A stretch of DNA of 64,000 nt from an uncultured delta proteobacterium (GTDB taxonomy: Bacteria; Desulfobacterota; Binatia; HRBIN30; BPIQ01), in assembly GCA_963761335.1 (NCBI GenBank), contig CAVXGR010000018.1, positions 992,001 through 1,056,000 on the forward strand. The letters are read 5' to 3'. Of the stretch, positions 50,665-61,138 are shown piece by piece. Position numbers and translations under genes: made by a program. Below the pieces are notes generated by a model, which saw nothing but the letters and a program-made list of their open reading frames with translations, did no database searches and was not told the DNA's origin. How positions within the stretch are numbered: the stretch's first letter is position 1; the number at the start of each line of letters is the position of its first letter.

Positions 50665-52258
50665 CTACTGATTTCGCCCAGCGATAGTCGGGCTTGCCGC
50701 TGGGCGAGCGCACCAGCTTGTCGACTGTATGGAGCTCGCGGGGGACCTTGTAGCCGGCGATGCGCTTGCGGCAGTGCTGCTGAATCTCCTCGAGGGTGGT
50801 GTGTGCTCCGGGGCGCAGCTCGACGACGGCGGCGACCCGCTGGCCCCAGCGCTCGTCGGGGACGCCGACGACCGTGCAGTCGAAGACCGCGGGGTGCGAC
50901 TTGACGGCGGTCTCCACCTCCTCCGGGAAGATCTTCTCGCCGCCCGAGTTGATGGAGACCGAGCCGCGCCCGAGCAGGGTGATGCGGCCGTCGCTCTCGA
51001 GGCGGGCGTAGTCGCCGGGAATGCAGTAACGCACGCCGCCGTAGGTGACGAAGGTCTTCGCCGTCTTCTCCGGGTCGCGGTAGTACTCGAGCGGGATGTC
51101 ACCACTGCGCGCGATCTTGCCGATGGCGCCGGAGCCGGGCTCGAGGGGCGTGCCGCTCTCGTCCAGGACCACGGTCTCGCCGAGGCGAGTGACCGTCGGC
51201 CCGCCGCTGCTCATCGCCGTCTGTCCGGGCTGAACGAAGACCATGCCGTTGTTGCCGCCTTCGGATGACCCCACTGCGTCGGTCATCACCAGGGAGGGGA
51301 ACCTCTCAAAGAACTGGTCCTTCACCGAGGGCGAGAAGGTTGCCGCGCTGCTGCTCAGCGAAAGCAGCGAGGACGTGTCCCAGTGCGCCCCCGACTCGTT
51401 GAGCGCCTCGATCAGGGGCCGCCCCATGGCGTCGCCGGTGATCATGATGGAGGTGACCTTCTCCTTCTCCACCAGATCCCAGACGGCGTGCGGATCGAAG
51501 CGCGCCATCAACACGATCTTGTTGCCGAGGAAGCTCTGCCCCATGGTCGCCCACTGGGTGGCGCCGTGCATCAGTGGCGCGATCGGCAGAAAGGTGAGCG
51601 GGACGCCGTTGAGCCCCTTCTCCGCCATGGCCTCGGGGCGGGTCATGCGCTCCCCCGACATTGGATCGATGCCGCCGCCGAGCGCCATGAACACCTCCTT
51701 GTGCGGCCAGACGACTCCCTTGGGCATGCCGGTGGTACCGCCGGTGTAGAGGATGTAGAGGTCGGCCTCCGAGCGCGGCGCAAAGTCCCGCTCGAGTGAG
51801 GCGCTGGCGAGTGCCTCCTCGTAGGCGATCGAGCCGAGCGCCGGCGCGTCGGCCTCGGTGCCGTCCTCGACCACCAGCGAGTGCCGCAGCTCCGGCATGG
51901 CGTTGCGCACTCCGGCGACCAGCGGCGCGAACTGGCGCTGAAAGACCAGCGATTTCAGATCGGCGTTGCCGATCAGATAGCGGAGCTCGTCCTCGACATA
52001 GCGGTAATTGATGTTGATCCACACGGCGCGGATCTTGAACACCGCCCACAGCGTCTCCACCCACTCGACGCAGTTGTAGGCATAGATGCCGACGTGGTCG
52101 TTGCGGCCGACGCCGTGGGCGGCGAGGTGGTGCGCCAAGCGATTGGCGCGCTCCTCCATCTCGCGGTAGGTGCGCCGCTTGCCGTCGCACACCAGGTACT
52201 CGCGCTCGGCGAAGTGGTCGGCGGCGTTCTCGAAGAGGTCGGCGAGGTTGAACTCCAT
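50657..52258 (-). CDS. Acyl-CoA synthetase (FadD19-like)
   Basis: FNLADLFE, NINYRYVEDEL, YTGGTTGMPKGV, PLMHG, GRGSVSINSGGEKIFPEEVE, RSPSGKPDY. Confidence 0.92.
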   Translation of the reverse strand: MEFNLADLFENAADHFAEREYLVCDGKRRTYREMEERANRLAHHLAAHGVGRNDHVGIYAYNCVEWVETLWAVFKIRAVWININYRYVEDELRYLIGNADLKSLVFQRQFAPLVAGVRNAMPELRHSLVVEDGTEADAPALGSIAYEEALASASLERDFAPRSEADLYILYTGGTTGMPKGVVWPHKEVFMALGGGIDPMSGERMTRPEAMAEKGLNGVPLTFLPIAPLMHGATQWATMGQSFLGNKIVLMARFDPHAVWDLVEKEKVTSIMITGDAMGRPLIEALNESGAHWDTSSLLSLSSSAATFSPSVKDQFFERFPSLVMTDAVGSSEGGNNGMVFVQPGQTAMSSGGPTVTRLGETVVLDESGTPLEPGSGAIGKIARSGDIPLEYYRDPEKTAKTFVTYGGVRYCIPGDYARLESDGRITLLGRGSVSINSGGEKIFPEEVETAVKSHPAVFDCTVVGVPDERWGQRVAAVVELRPGAHTTLEEIQQHCRKRIAGYKVPRELHTVDKLVRSPSGKPDYRWAKSVAR

Positions 52259-52411
52259 GGCCGATAAGAGAACCACAACTGCCACGGCGGCTCAAACGGC
52301 GGTAGGGTGCGCGGAGTGTCCTCGCCGATTCCATCTCCGCGACGCGTCTGCTAGGAGGCCGTAGATGAGCAATCCTCGGGGGTGCCCGAGACGTACGCGG
52401 GAGTGGCGACA

Positions 52412-52711
52412 ATGAAGAAGATCATCGCGGTGTTGACCATCATCGGCTTCCTGGGTCTGGCGGCTCCTCGACCGGCTCATGCGATCTCGGCGACGGAAGG
52501 AGTGCTGATCGGCGTCGGCGCAGCGGCAGCCTGGGTGCTGTTCATCGGCCTCAGCGTTTATTTCATTTACGGCGACAACGGCTCGGGCCAGGAGACGCTG
52601 CTGCTCCCCGGCACGGTGGGGGCGCGCTCGGATCTGCCGCAGAAGCGGCGCCTGCGTCTCGGCCCGGAGTGCCCGGTCAGGGACGGGAGCCCGTCGACGC
52701 TCTGCTGGTAG
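52412..52711 (+). CDS. Small exported/membrane hypothetical protein
   Basis: Signal peptide MKKII..PAHA, second TM, C-terminal C-x10-CW; SD GGAG. Confidence 0.6.
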   Translation: MKKIIAVLTIIGFLGLAAPRPAHAISATEGVLIGVGAAAAWVLFIGLSVYFIYGDNGSGQETLLLPGTVGARSDLPQKRRLRLGPECPVRDGSPSTLCW

Positions 52712-55019
52712 GAGGCGGCGCCGTCGCCCCGGGGCTCGAGTCGGACGAGGCCGATCCCAGCTCCGCCTCGATGGTCTGCAACATCTGACGGTAGGCGGGC
52801 TCCTCGGGTTGCAGTCGCACCAGCTCGGCGGCGACTGGCTCGGCCTCCCTCCACTTTTCCTGCTGGGCATAGAGGATCGCCAGCCCCCGAAGGATCTGCG
52901 GATCTTTCGGGCGCAGCGCGAGGGCTCGCCGCATCGGCGCCTCGGCCGCGGAACGGCTGCCGAGGTGCTGGAGAGCCAGGGCGTAGTCGTATTGTACCTG
53001 CGCCGAGCCCGGCGCCAGCTGCGCGGCGCTCCCCAGCTCGCCGGCCGCCTCCTCGAGCCGCTGCTCCTCGGCCAGCAGCAGGCCGAGCGAGTAGTGCAGC
53101 TCGCCCTGGCGCGGCGAGCGGCTTATCGCCGCGCGCAAGACGCTCTCCGCTTCGTCGCGGCGGCCCTGGGAGTCGTAGAGCTGCGCCAGATTGGCGCTGG
53201 CCGCGCCGAAGCCGGGATCGAGACGCAGTGCGGCGCGGTATGACTCCTCGGCCTCGCGAGTGCGCCCGAGGGCAGCCCGCACCAGGCCCAGCTCGACCTG
53301 TGCTTCTGGGAAGTCGGCACGCGCCGTGCGCCCCCTCTCGTACTCGGCGATGGCGGCGTCGAAGGCACCTCGCTGGGCGGGCGCGAACGCCGCTTCCGGC
53401 AGTGACGCCAGCGAGGCGGCAGCTTCGCTGCGGACGGCGCGCAGCGAGTCGCGCAGCAACGGCGCTCCCGTGCTCAGACGCTCGGCCGCCGGCAACAGCT
53501 CGAGCCCGCGTGCGGCGGCGAGGCGCACCAGGCCCTCGGCATCGCGGCTCGCCGCCGCGACGGCGGCGGGGGCGGCGGCGGGATACGAACGCATGAGGTC
53601 GAGCGCCGTCGAGCGCACGATCGCCGCCGCCGAGGCATCGGCGGCCAGCCGCGCCAGTGGGGCGGCGGCCTGGGCGCTCCCGGCCCGGCCTGCGGCGATG
53701 ATCTCGCCGTAGTGCGGCTGCGGGCGCGGCGCCTGCCCGTACCACCTCGCCACGGTGTCGGCGGCCCACTGCGGCGTGCGTTGCGCATGGCAACCATTGC
53801 AGGGATTGGGCGTGCCGATCCGGGCGCTGAGGTCGGGCCGCGGCACGCGCAGGCTGTGGTCGCGGCGGGCATCGAGAGTCATGTAGGTCCGCGCCGGCAT
53901 GTGGCAGTTGACGCACACAGAGCCGGGAGTGCCGGTCGGGTGAAAGGAATGCGCGGGGGAGTCGTAGGTCTTGTGCGGCATGCCGGGGAAGCGTGCCGGC
54001 GGCGCACTTCCGTGGCAGCGCGTGCAGAGCGCGTTGCCGGCGGCGCGCAGCTCGAGCGTATGCGGGTCGTGGCAGTCGCTGCAGCGCACGCCGCGGCGGT
54101 ACATCAGGCTCTGCAGGAAGGAGCCGTAGACGTAGACCTCGTCGAGGATCTGCCCGTCGGGGTAGTAGAGCCCGGCGTCGAGGTTCTCGGGCTCGAAGCC
54201 GTCCAGGTAGGGTCGCCCGTAGTGATTCTCCGCGGTGATGCGATGGCGGCGCGAGTGACAGGGGGCACAGGTGTCGACCTCGAATCGTGAATCGGCGGAG
54301 CGGTAGCGGACCAGCAGGCCCATGTTGGCGCTCTTCTTCTCGGCGGCGCCGGCGGCGGCGCGGGCCCAGGCGACATGCCGGGCTCCGGGGCCGTGGCACT
54401 CCTGACAGCTGACGTCGATCTCGGCCCATGTCGTCGCGTAGCTGTCGGTCTCGGGCTGGTAGGTCTTCTCGAGGTCCGTCGAGTGGCAGTCGGCGCAGCG
54501 GGCATTCCAGTTGTGGAAGCGACTGCTCCAGTGGAGCGGATCGCCGGGCGCCGGCGAGCGGTCGGGATACAGGTCGAACCAGCGCCGGCGCTGCGTGTCC
54601 CAGGCGACGTTCAGCGCCTGGAGCCGTCCGCCGCCAAGCGGCACGAGATATTGCTGCAGGGGCTCGATGCCGAAGGTGTAGAGCACGGGCAGGTCGACGC
54701 TCTTGCCGTCCGCCCCGGCGGTGCGCGCGTAGTACCGGCCGTCCTTGCGAAAGAAGCGCGTGCTCGTGCCCGAGTGCGTGAAGGAGGTGTTGTTGAAATC
54801 GCCGAGAACGGTGTCGGGCGCGGCGACCTGCATGGCGCGCGCGTGGTCGGATCTCTTCCAGGCCTCGATCTCGCTCCGGTGGCACTCTCCGCAGACGGCG
54901 TTGTCGACGAAGGCGACCCCGTCGGCCGCCGGCACTGCCGCCCGCCGAGGCAGAGCGCCGGCACCCGCCACCGGAGTCGACGCCAGGGCGAGGGATAACA
55001 GCGCGATGGAAAGCAGCAT
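52677..55019 (-). CDS. Octaheme c-type cytochrome with HEAT/TPR C-terminus
   Basis: Signal peptide; eight CxxCH (CGECH, CADCH, CQECH, CAPCH, CSDCH, CTRCH, CVNCH, CNGCH); TPR-like helices. Confidence 0.9.
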   Translation of the reverse strand: MLLSIALLSLALASTPVAGAGALPRRAAVPAADGVAFVDNAVCGECHRSEIEAWKRSDHARAMQVAAPDTVLGDFNNTSFTHSGTSTRFFRKDGRYYARTAGADGKSVDLPVLYTFGIEPLQQYLVPLGGGRLQALNVAWDTQRRRWFDLYPDRSPAPGDPLHWSSRFHNWNARCADCHSTDLEKTYQPETDSYATTWAEIDVSCQECHGPGARHVAWARAAAGAAEKKSANMGLLVRYRSADSRFEVDTCAPCHSRRHRITAENHYGRPYLDGFEPENLDAGLYYPDGQILDEVYVYGSFLQSLMYRRGVRCSDCHDPHTLELRAAGNALCTRCHGSAPPARFPGMPHKTYDSPAHSFHPTGTPGSVCVNCHMPARTYMTLDARRDHSLRVPRPDLSARIGTPNPCNGCHAQRTPQWAADTVARWYGQAPRPQPHYGEIIAAGRAGSAQAAAPLARLAADASAAAIVRSTALDLMRSYPAAAPAAVAAASRDAEGLVRLAAARGLELLPAAERLSTGAPLLRDSLRAVRSEAAASLASLPEAAFAPAQRGAFDAAIAEYERGRTARADFPEAQVELGLVRAALGRTREAEESYRAALRLDPGFGAASANLAQLYDSQGRRDEAESVLRAAISRSPRQGELHYSLGLLLAEEQRLEEAAGELGSAAQLAPGSAQVQYDYALALQHLGSRSAAEAPMRRALALRPKDPQILRGLAILYAQQEKWREAEPVAAELVRLQPEEPAYRQMLQTIEAELGSASSDSSPGATAPPPTSRASTGSRP

Positions 55020-55070
55020 GATGTGCAAACGGATCGAAAGTAGAGCGATTCGCCGCGGATTGGAACCAGA

Positions 55071-55543
55071 GTAGAAGCGGCGCCCCGCCGCTTCTGCGCT
55101 CGAGCATTCGCAGGAGATGCGACCAGGCCGGCGGCGCCCCAGTAGGGGTGGACCTTGAGGTCAAGCGCGTTTCAAAATCCCCCACGAGCACTTGAGCTGA
55201 CGGATCGCGCCGCGAAGCGGCGCAGGCATGTAGCCCCGGGTCGGAGACCCGGGGCTTCGGGTCCGCCTTCCCCGATGCGCCCCTCCGGGGGCGCGGGCGC
55301 GCAACCCCGGGTGCAGAGGCCTGTGTCAAAATCGCGCCCGCGCCGCTGGCGGGGCGCCAACGGACGTCGACTTCGGGATCCCCGGGTCTCCGACCCGGGG
55401 CTACACGCCTGCGCCCCTCCGGGGCGAATGATCTCCGAGCTCCCGGCCACAGATGCAACCTGGGGAAGTCGGGCCCAACTCAACGAAGTGGGCGTTGTGG
55501 TGGATCGAAGTTGACGGCGTTTCATTTCAAAATCCCCCACTAC
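55071..55543. repeat. Composite repeat cluster: GTAG REP (55071-55094) and a GTAG..CTAC-bounded element (55142-55543) enclosing a REP doublet (55230-55404)
   Basis: GTAGCCCCGGGTCGGAGACCCGGGG / CCCCGGGTCTCCGACCCGGGGCTAC; TTTCAAAATCCCCCAC at 55170 and 55525. Confidence 0.75.
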
Positions 55544-55561
55544 CCGCGCGCCCCAGGGCGC

Positions 55562-55590
55562 TTGACTCCGGCGGTTAGCCGCAGTACCGC
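55562..55590 (+). promoter_or_regulatory. Putative sigma-70 promoter of a leaderless transcript
   Basis: TTGACT-N17-TACCGC-N6-ATG; no SD. Confidence 0.4.
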
Positions 55591-55596
55591 GGCCGT

Positions 55597-58530
55597 ATGT
55601 TTCCGTCAGATAATCTGTCGTCGCTCTGTTTTGGCTCGTTGCTGATTCTCCTTGCCGCGGTTCCGGCTCCGGCCAGTGCCCTGTGCCCGGTCGATTGCAA
55701 TGGCGACGGCATCGTCTCTCCCGCGGAGCTGATCCGCAGCGAGAGGGTGGCGACCGGCCTCGCCGCCTACCGGTTGTGCCCGCCGGCCGATGTCGACGGC
55801 GACGGCGCTGTCGACGGCGATGAGGTGGTGCGGGGGGCGGCCGGAGTCTTCGGCGGCTGTCCCGATCCGGAAGTCTACTGGGCTCCCGAGCGCCTCGCCC
55901 CTGCCGGACCGCTCGCCGAAGGCGGGCAGGGAATCCTTCCCAACGGACGGCGGGTCGATCCCGCCGGCGTGCAGATTCCGGCGGAGACGCTGCCGACGAA
56001 CCTGAAGCTGACTCCCGACGGCCGCTATCTGATCGCCACCAACGACGGACATCGCGACCAGGCCGAGCGGCGTTTTCTGCAGATCGTCGACACCCAGACG
56101 CTGGAGGCGACAGAGATCGAGGTGCCGCATTTCTTCGGCCTTGGACTGACGCCGGACGGCAGCGACCTCTATCTCGCCGGCAGCGACGACGCCGGCAAGG
56201 CTCGCCTGCGCGTCGTGCACCTCGGCGCCAGCGGCCCGGTGCTCGACCCGCAGGAGGTCGCCGAGCTCCCCAAGGACAGTCAGCCACGCGCGGTCGCAGT
56301 GAGCCCGGACGGCACACACGCCTACGTCGTCGGCTTTCTCAGCAACGAGTTCTACTCGGTCGACCTGAGCGACGGCTCGGCCACCAAGGCCGCCTCCCCG
56401 ATCGGCAATCTGCCCTACGATCTGCTGCTCTCACCGAACGGCAAGTTCGCCTACGTGAGCTCCTGGGGAATCAACAACGGAAATACATCGGGCGGCGGTA
56501 TTGCGATTCCGGCGCCGCTGCCGCCCGTCGATCCAAACGCCGAAGAGCGCTCCTCGGTCGCCTGCGTCGATCTGTCCAATCCGTCGGCTCCCTCGCTGGT
56601 CGAGTACATGCCGATCGGCCTGCCGGTCGACAACCTGATCGTCTACGGCGGCAGCCATCCGAGCGCCCTGGGGTTCAGCCCGCAGGGAAGCCTTCTGTAC
56701 GTCACCGGCACCAATGACGACGTCCTCGACGTCATCCAGGTCAGCACCAATGTCGCGGGTTGGCAGCCGGTGGCGGAGGTGGAGCTCAACGTGATCGAGG
56801 GCGGGCCGCTGGATACGCAGCTTCAGGGACTCTATCCGAATGCCCTGGCGGTGAGCTCCGACGGCCGGCGTGTCTACGTCGCCGACGCCGGCATCAACGC
56901 CGTGCAGGTGCTCGACGTCGATCCGCTGGCGCAGACCTTCACCACGGCCGGCTTCATTCCCACCGGCTGGTATCCGAGCGCCCTGGCGCTGAGCAGCGAC
57001 GACTCGCGCCTGTATGTCGCCAACGGCAAGGGCGACGGCGTCGGCCCCAACGACGGCCCGGGCGACTCCAACATCAAGCGTCTTCTCAAAGGGTCGATCT
57101 CGGTGATCGACGGCGTCGACCAGTACGATCTGCAGAGCGGCACGGCTCAGGTGATGGCGGCGAACGGCTTTGCGCCGACGCAGCTGCACTGGAGCGAAGG
57201 AGAACCGCAGCCCGGTGAGGTCGAGCGCCGGCAGCCGGTGCCCATCGATTACGGCAGTGGTCCCTCTGACCTGATCAGGCACGTCGTCTTCATCCTCAAG
57301 GAGAACCGCACCTACGACCAGGTGCTCGGCGACCTGCCAAACGCCAATGGCGATCCGAACCTGACCTTCTACGGCGAGGAGGTCACGCCCAATGCCCACG
57401 CGCTGGCCACCGAGTTCGCCGAAGGCGACAACTTCTTCGCCGACGCCGAGGTCTCGACCCCCGGGCACGAGTGGGTCGACCAGGCCAACGACACCGACTT
57501 CACCGAGAAGATCTGGCCGGCCAACTACGACGGCGGTGTGCCCAGCTCGACGCTCGAGCAGGGCATGGAGGGCTTCTCCAAGGCGGGCTTCTTCTTCGAG
57601 GCGCTCGAGCGCGAGGGCGTGCCGTATCGGGTCTACGGCGAAACCCTGGGGCTGCTCTCTCACTTCTCCGCCGGCAATGACGGCGGCGGCGTCATCAGCA
57701 TCGGCATACCGCTGCTCTCGGCCTTTGGCGGGCTGCCCACCGAAGACGATATCTTCACCATCGTCAACGGCGACATCGCCCAGCTGCAGATGGCAGGCGT
57801 CAACACCGACATCCTGCGCGAGCAGGTGTGGCCGAATCAGGACCTCGACTTCCCCTCGAACATTCTCGCCGACCGTACCGACGTCGAGCGCGCCATGCTC
57901 TTCGCACAGGAGCTGGATGGCTTCGCGCAGGCGGGCGACATGCCGGCGTACGTGCACATCTGGCTGCCCAACGACCATACCTTCGGCGCCAGCGCCGGGA
58001 CCCCGACGCCGCGCAGCGCCATCGCCGACAACGACGCCGGCCTGGGAATGATCGTCGACGCCCTGTCGCACAGCCCGTTCTGGAAGGACATGGCGATCTT
58101 GGTCACCGAGGACGACCCGCAGGATGGGCAGGACCACGTCGAGGCGCACCGCACCATCAGCCTGGTGATCAGCCCCTGGGTGAAACGCGGCTACGTCTCG
58201 CACGCGCATCACTCCAACCTGAGCATGTTCAAGACGATCAGCCTGTTGCTCGGCATGCCGCCGATGAGTCAGTTCGATCGCTACGCCACCGACATGCGCG
58301 ACTATTTCACGACCACGCCGGATTTCACTCCCTACGACGCCCGCCCGCGGCAGGTCCCGGTGGAGACCAATCCGAGCGCCGCCAGCGCGCCCAATGCCTA
58401 TCTGCGGCGCGCCGCGCAGATCTCGGAGACGCTCAACCTGCAGATGGTCGACGAGGCGGGGGAGGACATGGGTCGTGTTCTCCGCCTGGTGCACCAAGGC
58501 GAGGAGCTGGAGCGACAGCGCCGCAGATAG
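55597..58530 (+). CDS. Secreted YncE-type beta-propeller / phosphoesterase (alkaline-phosphatase superfamily) protein with N-terminal dockerin-like module
   Basis: CPVDCNGDG..CPPADVDGDG..GCP; IPTGWYP, LYVANGKG; HVVFILKENRTYDQVLGD, WLPNDHT, EDDPQDGQDHVEAHR. Confidence 0.88.
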   Translation: MFPSDNLSSLCFGSLLILLAAVPAPASALCPVDCNGDGIVSPAELIRSERVATGLAAYRLCPPADVDGDGAVDGDEVVRGAAGVFGGCPDPEVYWAPERLAPAGPLAEGGQGILPNGRRVDPAGVQIPAETLPTNLKLTPDGRYLIATNDGHRDQAERRFLQIVDTQTLEATEIEVPHFFGLGLTPDGSDLYLAGSDDAGKARLRVVHLGASGPVLDPQEVAELPKDSQPRAVAVSPDGTHAYVVGFLSNEFYSVDLSDGSATKAASPIGNLPYDLLLSPNGKFAYVSSWGINNGNTSGGGIAIPAPLPPVDPNAEERSSVACVDLSNPSAPSLVEYMPIGLPVDNLIVYGGSHPSALGFSPQGSLLYVTGTNDDVLDVIQVSTNVAGWQPVAEVELNVIEGGPLDTQLQGLYPNALAVSSDGRRVYVADAGINAVQVLDVDPLAQTFTTAGFIPTGWYPSALALSSDDSRLYVANGKGDGVGPNDGPGDSNIKRLLKGSISVIDGVDQYDLQSGTAQVMAANGFAPTQLHWSEGEPQPGEVERRQPVPIDYGSGPSDLIRHVVFILKENRTYDQVLGDLPNANGDPNLTFYGEEVTPNAHALATEFAEGDNFFADAEVSTPGHEWVDQANDTDFTEKIWPANYDGGVPSSTLEQGMEGFSKAGFFFEALEREGVPYRVYGETLGLLSHFSAGNDGGGVISIGIPLLSAFGGLPTEDDIFTIVNGDIAQLQMAGVNTDILREQVWPNQDLDFPSNILADRTDVERAMLFAQELDGFAQAGDMPAYVHIWLPNDHTFGASAGTPTPRSAIADNDAGLGMIVDALSHSPFWKDMAILVTEDDPQDGQDHVEAHRTISLVISPWVKRGYVSHAHHSNLSMFKTISLLLGMPPMSQFDRYATDMRDYFTTTPDFTPYDARPRQVPVETNPSAASAPNAYLRRAAQISETLNLQMVDEAGEDMGRVLRLVHQGEELERQRRR

Positions 58531-58538
58531 GGTTCTCG

Positions 58539-58575
58539 ATTCTCATTCCCGGTTCTCGTCCCGTCGTCTTCCATT
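58539..58575. repeat. ATTCTCATTCCCGGTTCTC family, single arm
   Basis: ATTCTCATTCCCGGTTCTCGTCCCGTCGTCTTCCATT. Confidence 0.75.
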
Positions 58576-58620
58576 CGTTCTGACAGCCGCGGGTGACCGG
58601 ACGGCGGCGCTCCTGGATCC

Positions 58621-60903
58621 TCACGCCGCCAGCGCCACCGCCTCCGGCTCGAGGGCGATGGCCAATACCTCGTCGATGGAACGCACCGGGTGGAAGCGCA
58701 TCTGGGCGCGGACCTCTTCGGGGATCTCGTCGAGGTCGGCGGCGTTGCGCTCCGGCAGGATGACGTCGGTGAGGCCCGCGGCATGCGCTGCCAGGGCCTT
58801 CTGCTTGAGGCCGCCGATCGGCAGGACACGGCCCTGCAGGGTCACCTCTCCGGTCATGCCGACGGTGTGCTTCACCGGCCGGCCGGTGAGCAGTGAAGCG
58901 ACCGCGGTGACGATGGTCACTCCGGCGCTCGGTCCGTCCTTGGGGACGGCTCCGGCAGGCACGTGCACGTGGAACTCGCGTCCGTCGAAGGCTCTCTCTT
59001 CGATAGCGAGCTGGCGCGCGTGGCTGCGCACGTAGGTGAGGGCGATGCGCGCCGACTCCTTCATGACGTCGCCGAGCTGTCCGGTGAGCGTCAGCCCCGC
59101 CGAGCCGGCCATCGAGGCCGCTTCGACGAAGAGGACATCGCCGCCGGCGGTGGTGACCGCCAGGCCGGTGGCCACGCCGGGGACGGCGGTGCGCACGGCC
59201 GCCTCCTGGAAGAACTTCGGACGGCCGAGGGCCTCGGCGACGGCCGCCGCATCGAGCCGCACCGGAGGCGTCGCCGCGCCGGAGACGACCGCGGTGGCCG
59301 TCTTGCGCAGCAGCGTTCCCAGCTCGCGCTCGAGCTGGCGCACGCCGGCCTCGCGGGTGTAATCGTTCACCACCTGCCGCAGCACGGCTTCGTCGACGGC
59401 GACCTCTTTGGCGCGCAGGCCGTTGCGCTCCACCTGCCGTGGCCACAGATAGCCGCGGGCGATCGCCACCTTCTCGTCGATGGTGTAGCCGTCGAAGCGG
59501 ATGATCTCCATGCGGTCGAGCAGCGGGCCGGGAACGGAGTCGACGGTGTTGGCGGTGGCGATGAAGAGCACGTGCGAGAGGTCGAGCTCGACGTCCAGAT
59601 AGTGGTCGCGGAAGCTGTGGTTCTGCGCCGGGTCCAGCACCTCGAGCAGGGCGGCGGAGGGATCGCCGCGCCAGTCGGCGCCGATCTTGTCGACCTCGTC
59701 GAGCAGGATCACCGGATTCATGGTGCCGGCGTCGCGCAGGGCGCGCACCAGACGCCCGGGGAGGGCGCCGATGTAGGTGCGCCGATGGCCGCGGATCTCC
59801 GCCTCGTCGCGCACGCCGCCGAGCGACATGCGCACGAACTCGCGGCCGGTGGCGCGGGCGATGGACTCGCCGATGGAGGTCTTGCCGGTACCCGGAGGGC
59901 CGACCAGGGTGAGAATCACCCCCGAGCGCCGGGTGTCGGCGACGCCGCGCTCGGTGCGCAGCTTGCGGACGGCGAGGTACTCGGTGATGCGCTTCTTGAC
60001 GTCGTCGAGGCCGGCGTGATCGGCGTCGAGCACCTGGCGCGCGTGCAGCGGGTCGAGGCGCTCCTCGGAGCGCTTGGACCAGGGAACGGCGATCAGCCAG
60101 TCGAGGTAGGAGCGGATGACCGAGGACTCCGGGCTCGACTCGCCGAGGCGCTCGAGGCGCTCGAGCTCCCGCTCCGCTTGCTCGCGCACTTTCTCGGGCA
60201 TGCCGGCGGCGGCGATCTTCTCGCGGTAGTCGTTGCCGGTGGCGGCATCGCCTTCGCCGAGCTCCTTGCGGATCGCCTCCATCTGCCGCCGCAGCAGGTA
60301 GTCGCGCTGCTGCTTCTCGGCGCCCGACTCGACGTCCTCGCGAATGCGCTTGCGCACCTGCAGCTCCGCCAAGCGCGCGCGCTGCAGGGAGAGCGCCAGC
60401 TTCAGGCGCTCGACGATGTCGAGGGTCTGCAGCAGCTCGACCTTCTGCTCGTAGGTGAAATCGGAAGAGTATCCGGCGGTGTCGGCCAGCGCTCCGGGCT
60501 CCTTGATGGAGCGCACGAAGGCGGCGACGCGGCCGTCGTCGCCGCGCAGGTCGAGAATCTCGGCGACGGCGGCGCGATACTCGCGCTCGATCTCGGCGGT
60601 GCGGCTCGGGGGAGGGCTCTGATCGGGCTGGTCGGTCACCTCGACACGCAAGCGGCCCTCGGGGTCGGCGACGGCGGCTCCGGCGAGCCCGCGGTGGCGG
60701 CCGGCCAGCTCCACGGCTCGGGCGCCGCCCGGCAGGCGGACCGAGTTGACCACGTCGGCGACCACGCCGACGCGGGCGTACTCGTTGCCGTGGCGGGGAA
60801 CCAGGAGGACGCGCTTCTCCTCGCCCACATCCACGGGGAGGGTGACGGTCATCCCAGGGAAAACGACGACTTCGTCGAGAAGGATCAATCGCAGTGCAGT
60901 CAT
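58621..60903 (-). CDS. lon: ATP-dependent protease La
   Basis: [36 protein letters not shown] (Ser), IGGLKQK (Lys); upstream TTGACA-N17-TATCCA. Confidence 0.97.
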   Translation of the reverse strand: MTALRLILLDEVVVFPGMTVTLPVDVGEEKRVLLVPRHGNEYARVGVVADVVNSVRLPGGARAVELAGRHRGLAGAAVADPEGRLRVEVTDQPDQSPPPSRTAEIEREYRAAVAEILDLRGDDGRVAAFVRSIKEPGALADTAGYSSDFTYEQKVELLQTLDIVERLKLALSLQRARLAELQVRKRIREDVESGAEKQQRDYLLRRQMEAIRKELGEGDAATGNDYREKIAAAGMPEKVREQAERELERLERLGESSPESSVIRSYLDWLIAVPWSKRSEERLDPLHARQVLDADHAGLDDVKKRITEYLAVRKLRTERGVADTRRSGVILTLVGPPGTGKTSIGESIARATGREFVRMSLGGVRDEAEIRGHRRTYIGALPGRLVRALRDAGTMNPVILLDEVDKIGADWRGDPSAALLEVLDPAQNHSFRDHYLDVELDLSHVLFIATANTVDSVPGPLLDRMEIIRFDGYTIDEKVAIARGYLWPRQVERNGLRAKEVAVDEAVLRQVVNDYTREAGVRQLERELGTLLRKTATAVVSGAATPPVRLDAAAVAEALGRPKFFQEAAVRTAVPGVATGLAVTTAGGDVLFVEAASMAGSAGLTLTGQLGDVMKESARIALTYVRSHARQLAIEERAFDGREFHVHVPAGAVPKDGPSAGVTIVTAVASLLTGRPVKHTVGMTGEVTLQGRVLPIGGLKQKALAAHAAGLTDVILPERNAADLDEIPEEVRAQMRFHPVRSIDEVLAIALEPEAVALAA

Positions 60904-60957
60904 AGTCGGGGTTGGATAAGCACGCCAGGGCGCTCTGTCAATTTTGACTGAGCCTGC

Positions 60958-61078
60958 CTCATTCTCATCCCCGGTTCTCATTCTCATTCCGTCGTCTTCC
61001 ATTGCTCTGGAGCCCGGCGATTCCCCGCGGGCGGTCAGAGAAATGGAAAACGACGGAATGAGAACCGGGAATGAGAAC
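60958..61078. repeat. ATTCTCATTCCCGGTTCTC family palindrome (both arms)
   Basis: Arm 60958-61003 and inverted arm 61042-61078, between divergent lon and CBS genes. Confidence 0.8.
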
Positions 61079-61138
61079 CGGTTGATGGATGCTGCGGCAT
61101 TTGAGATCCGCCCGGGCCGCTGCTAAGGGACGGGGGCC

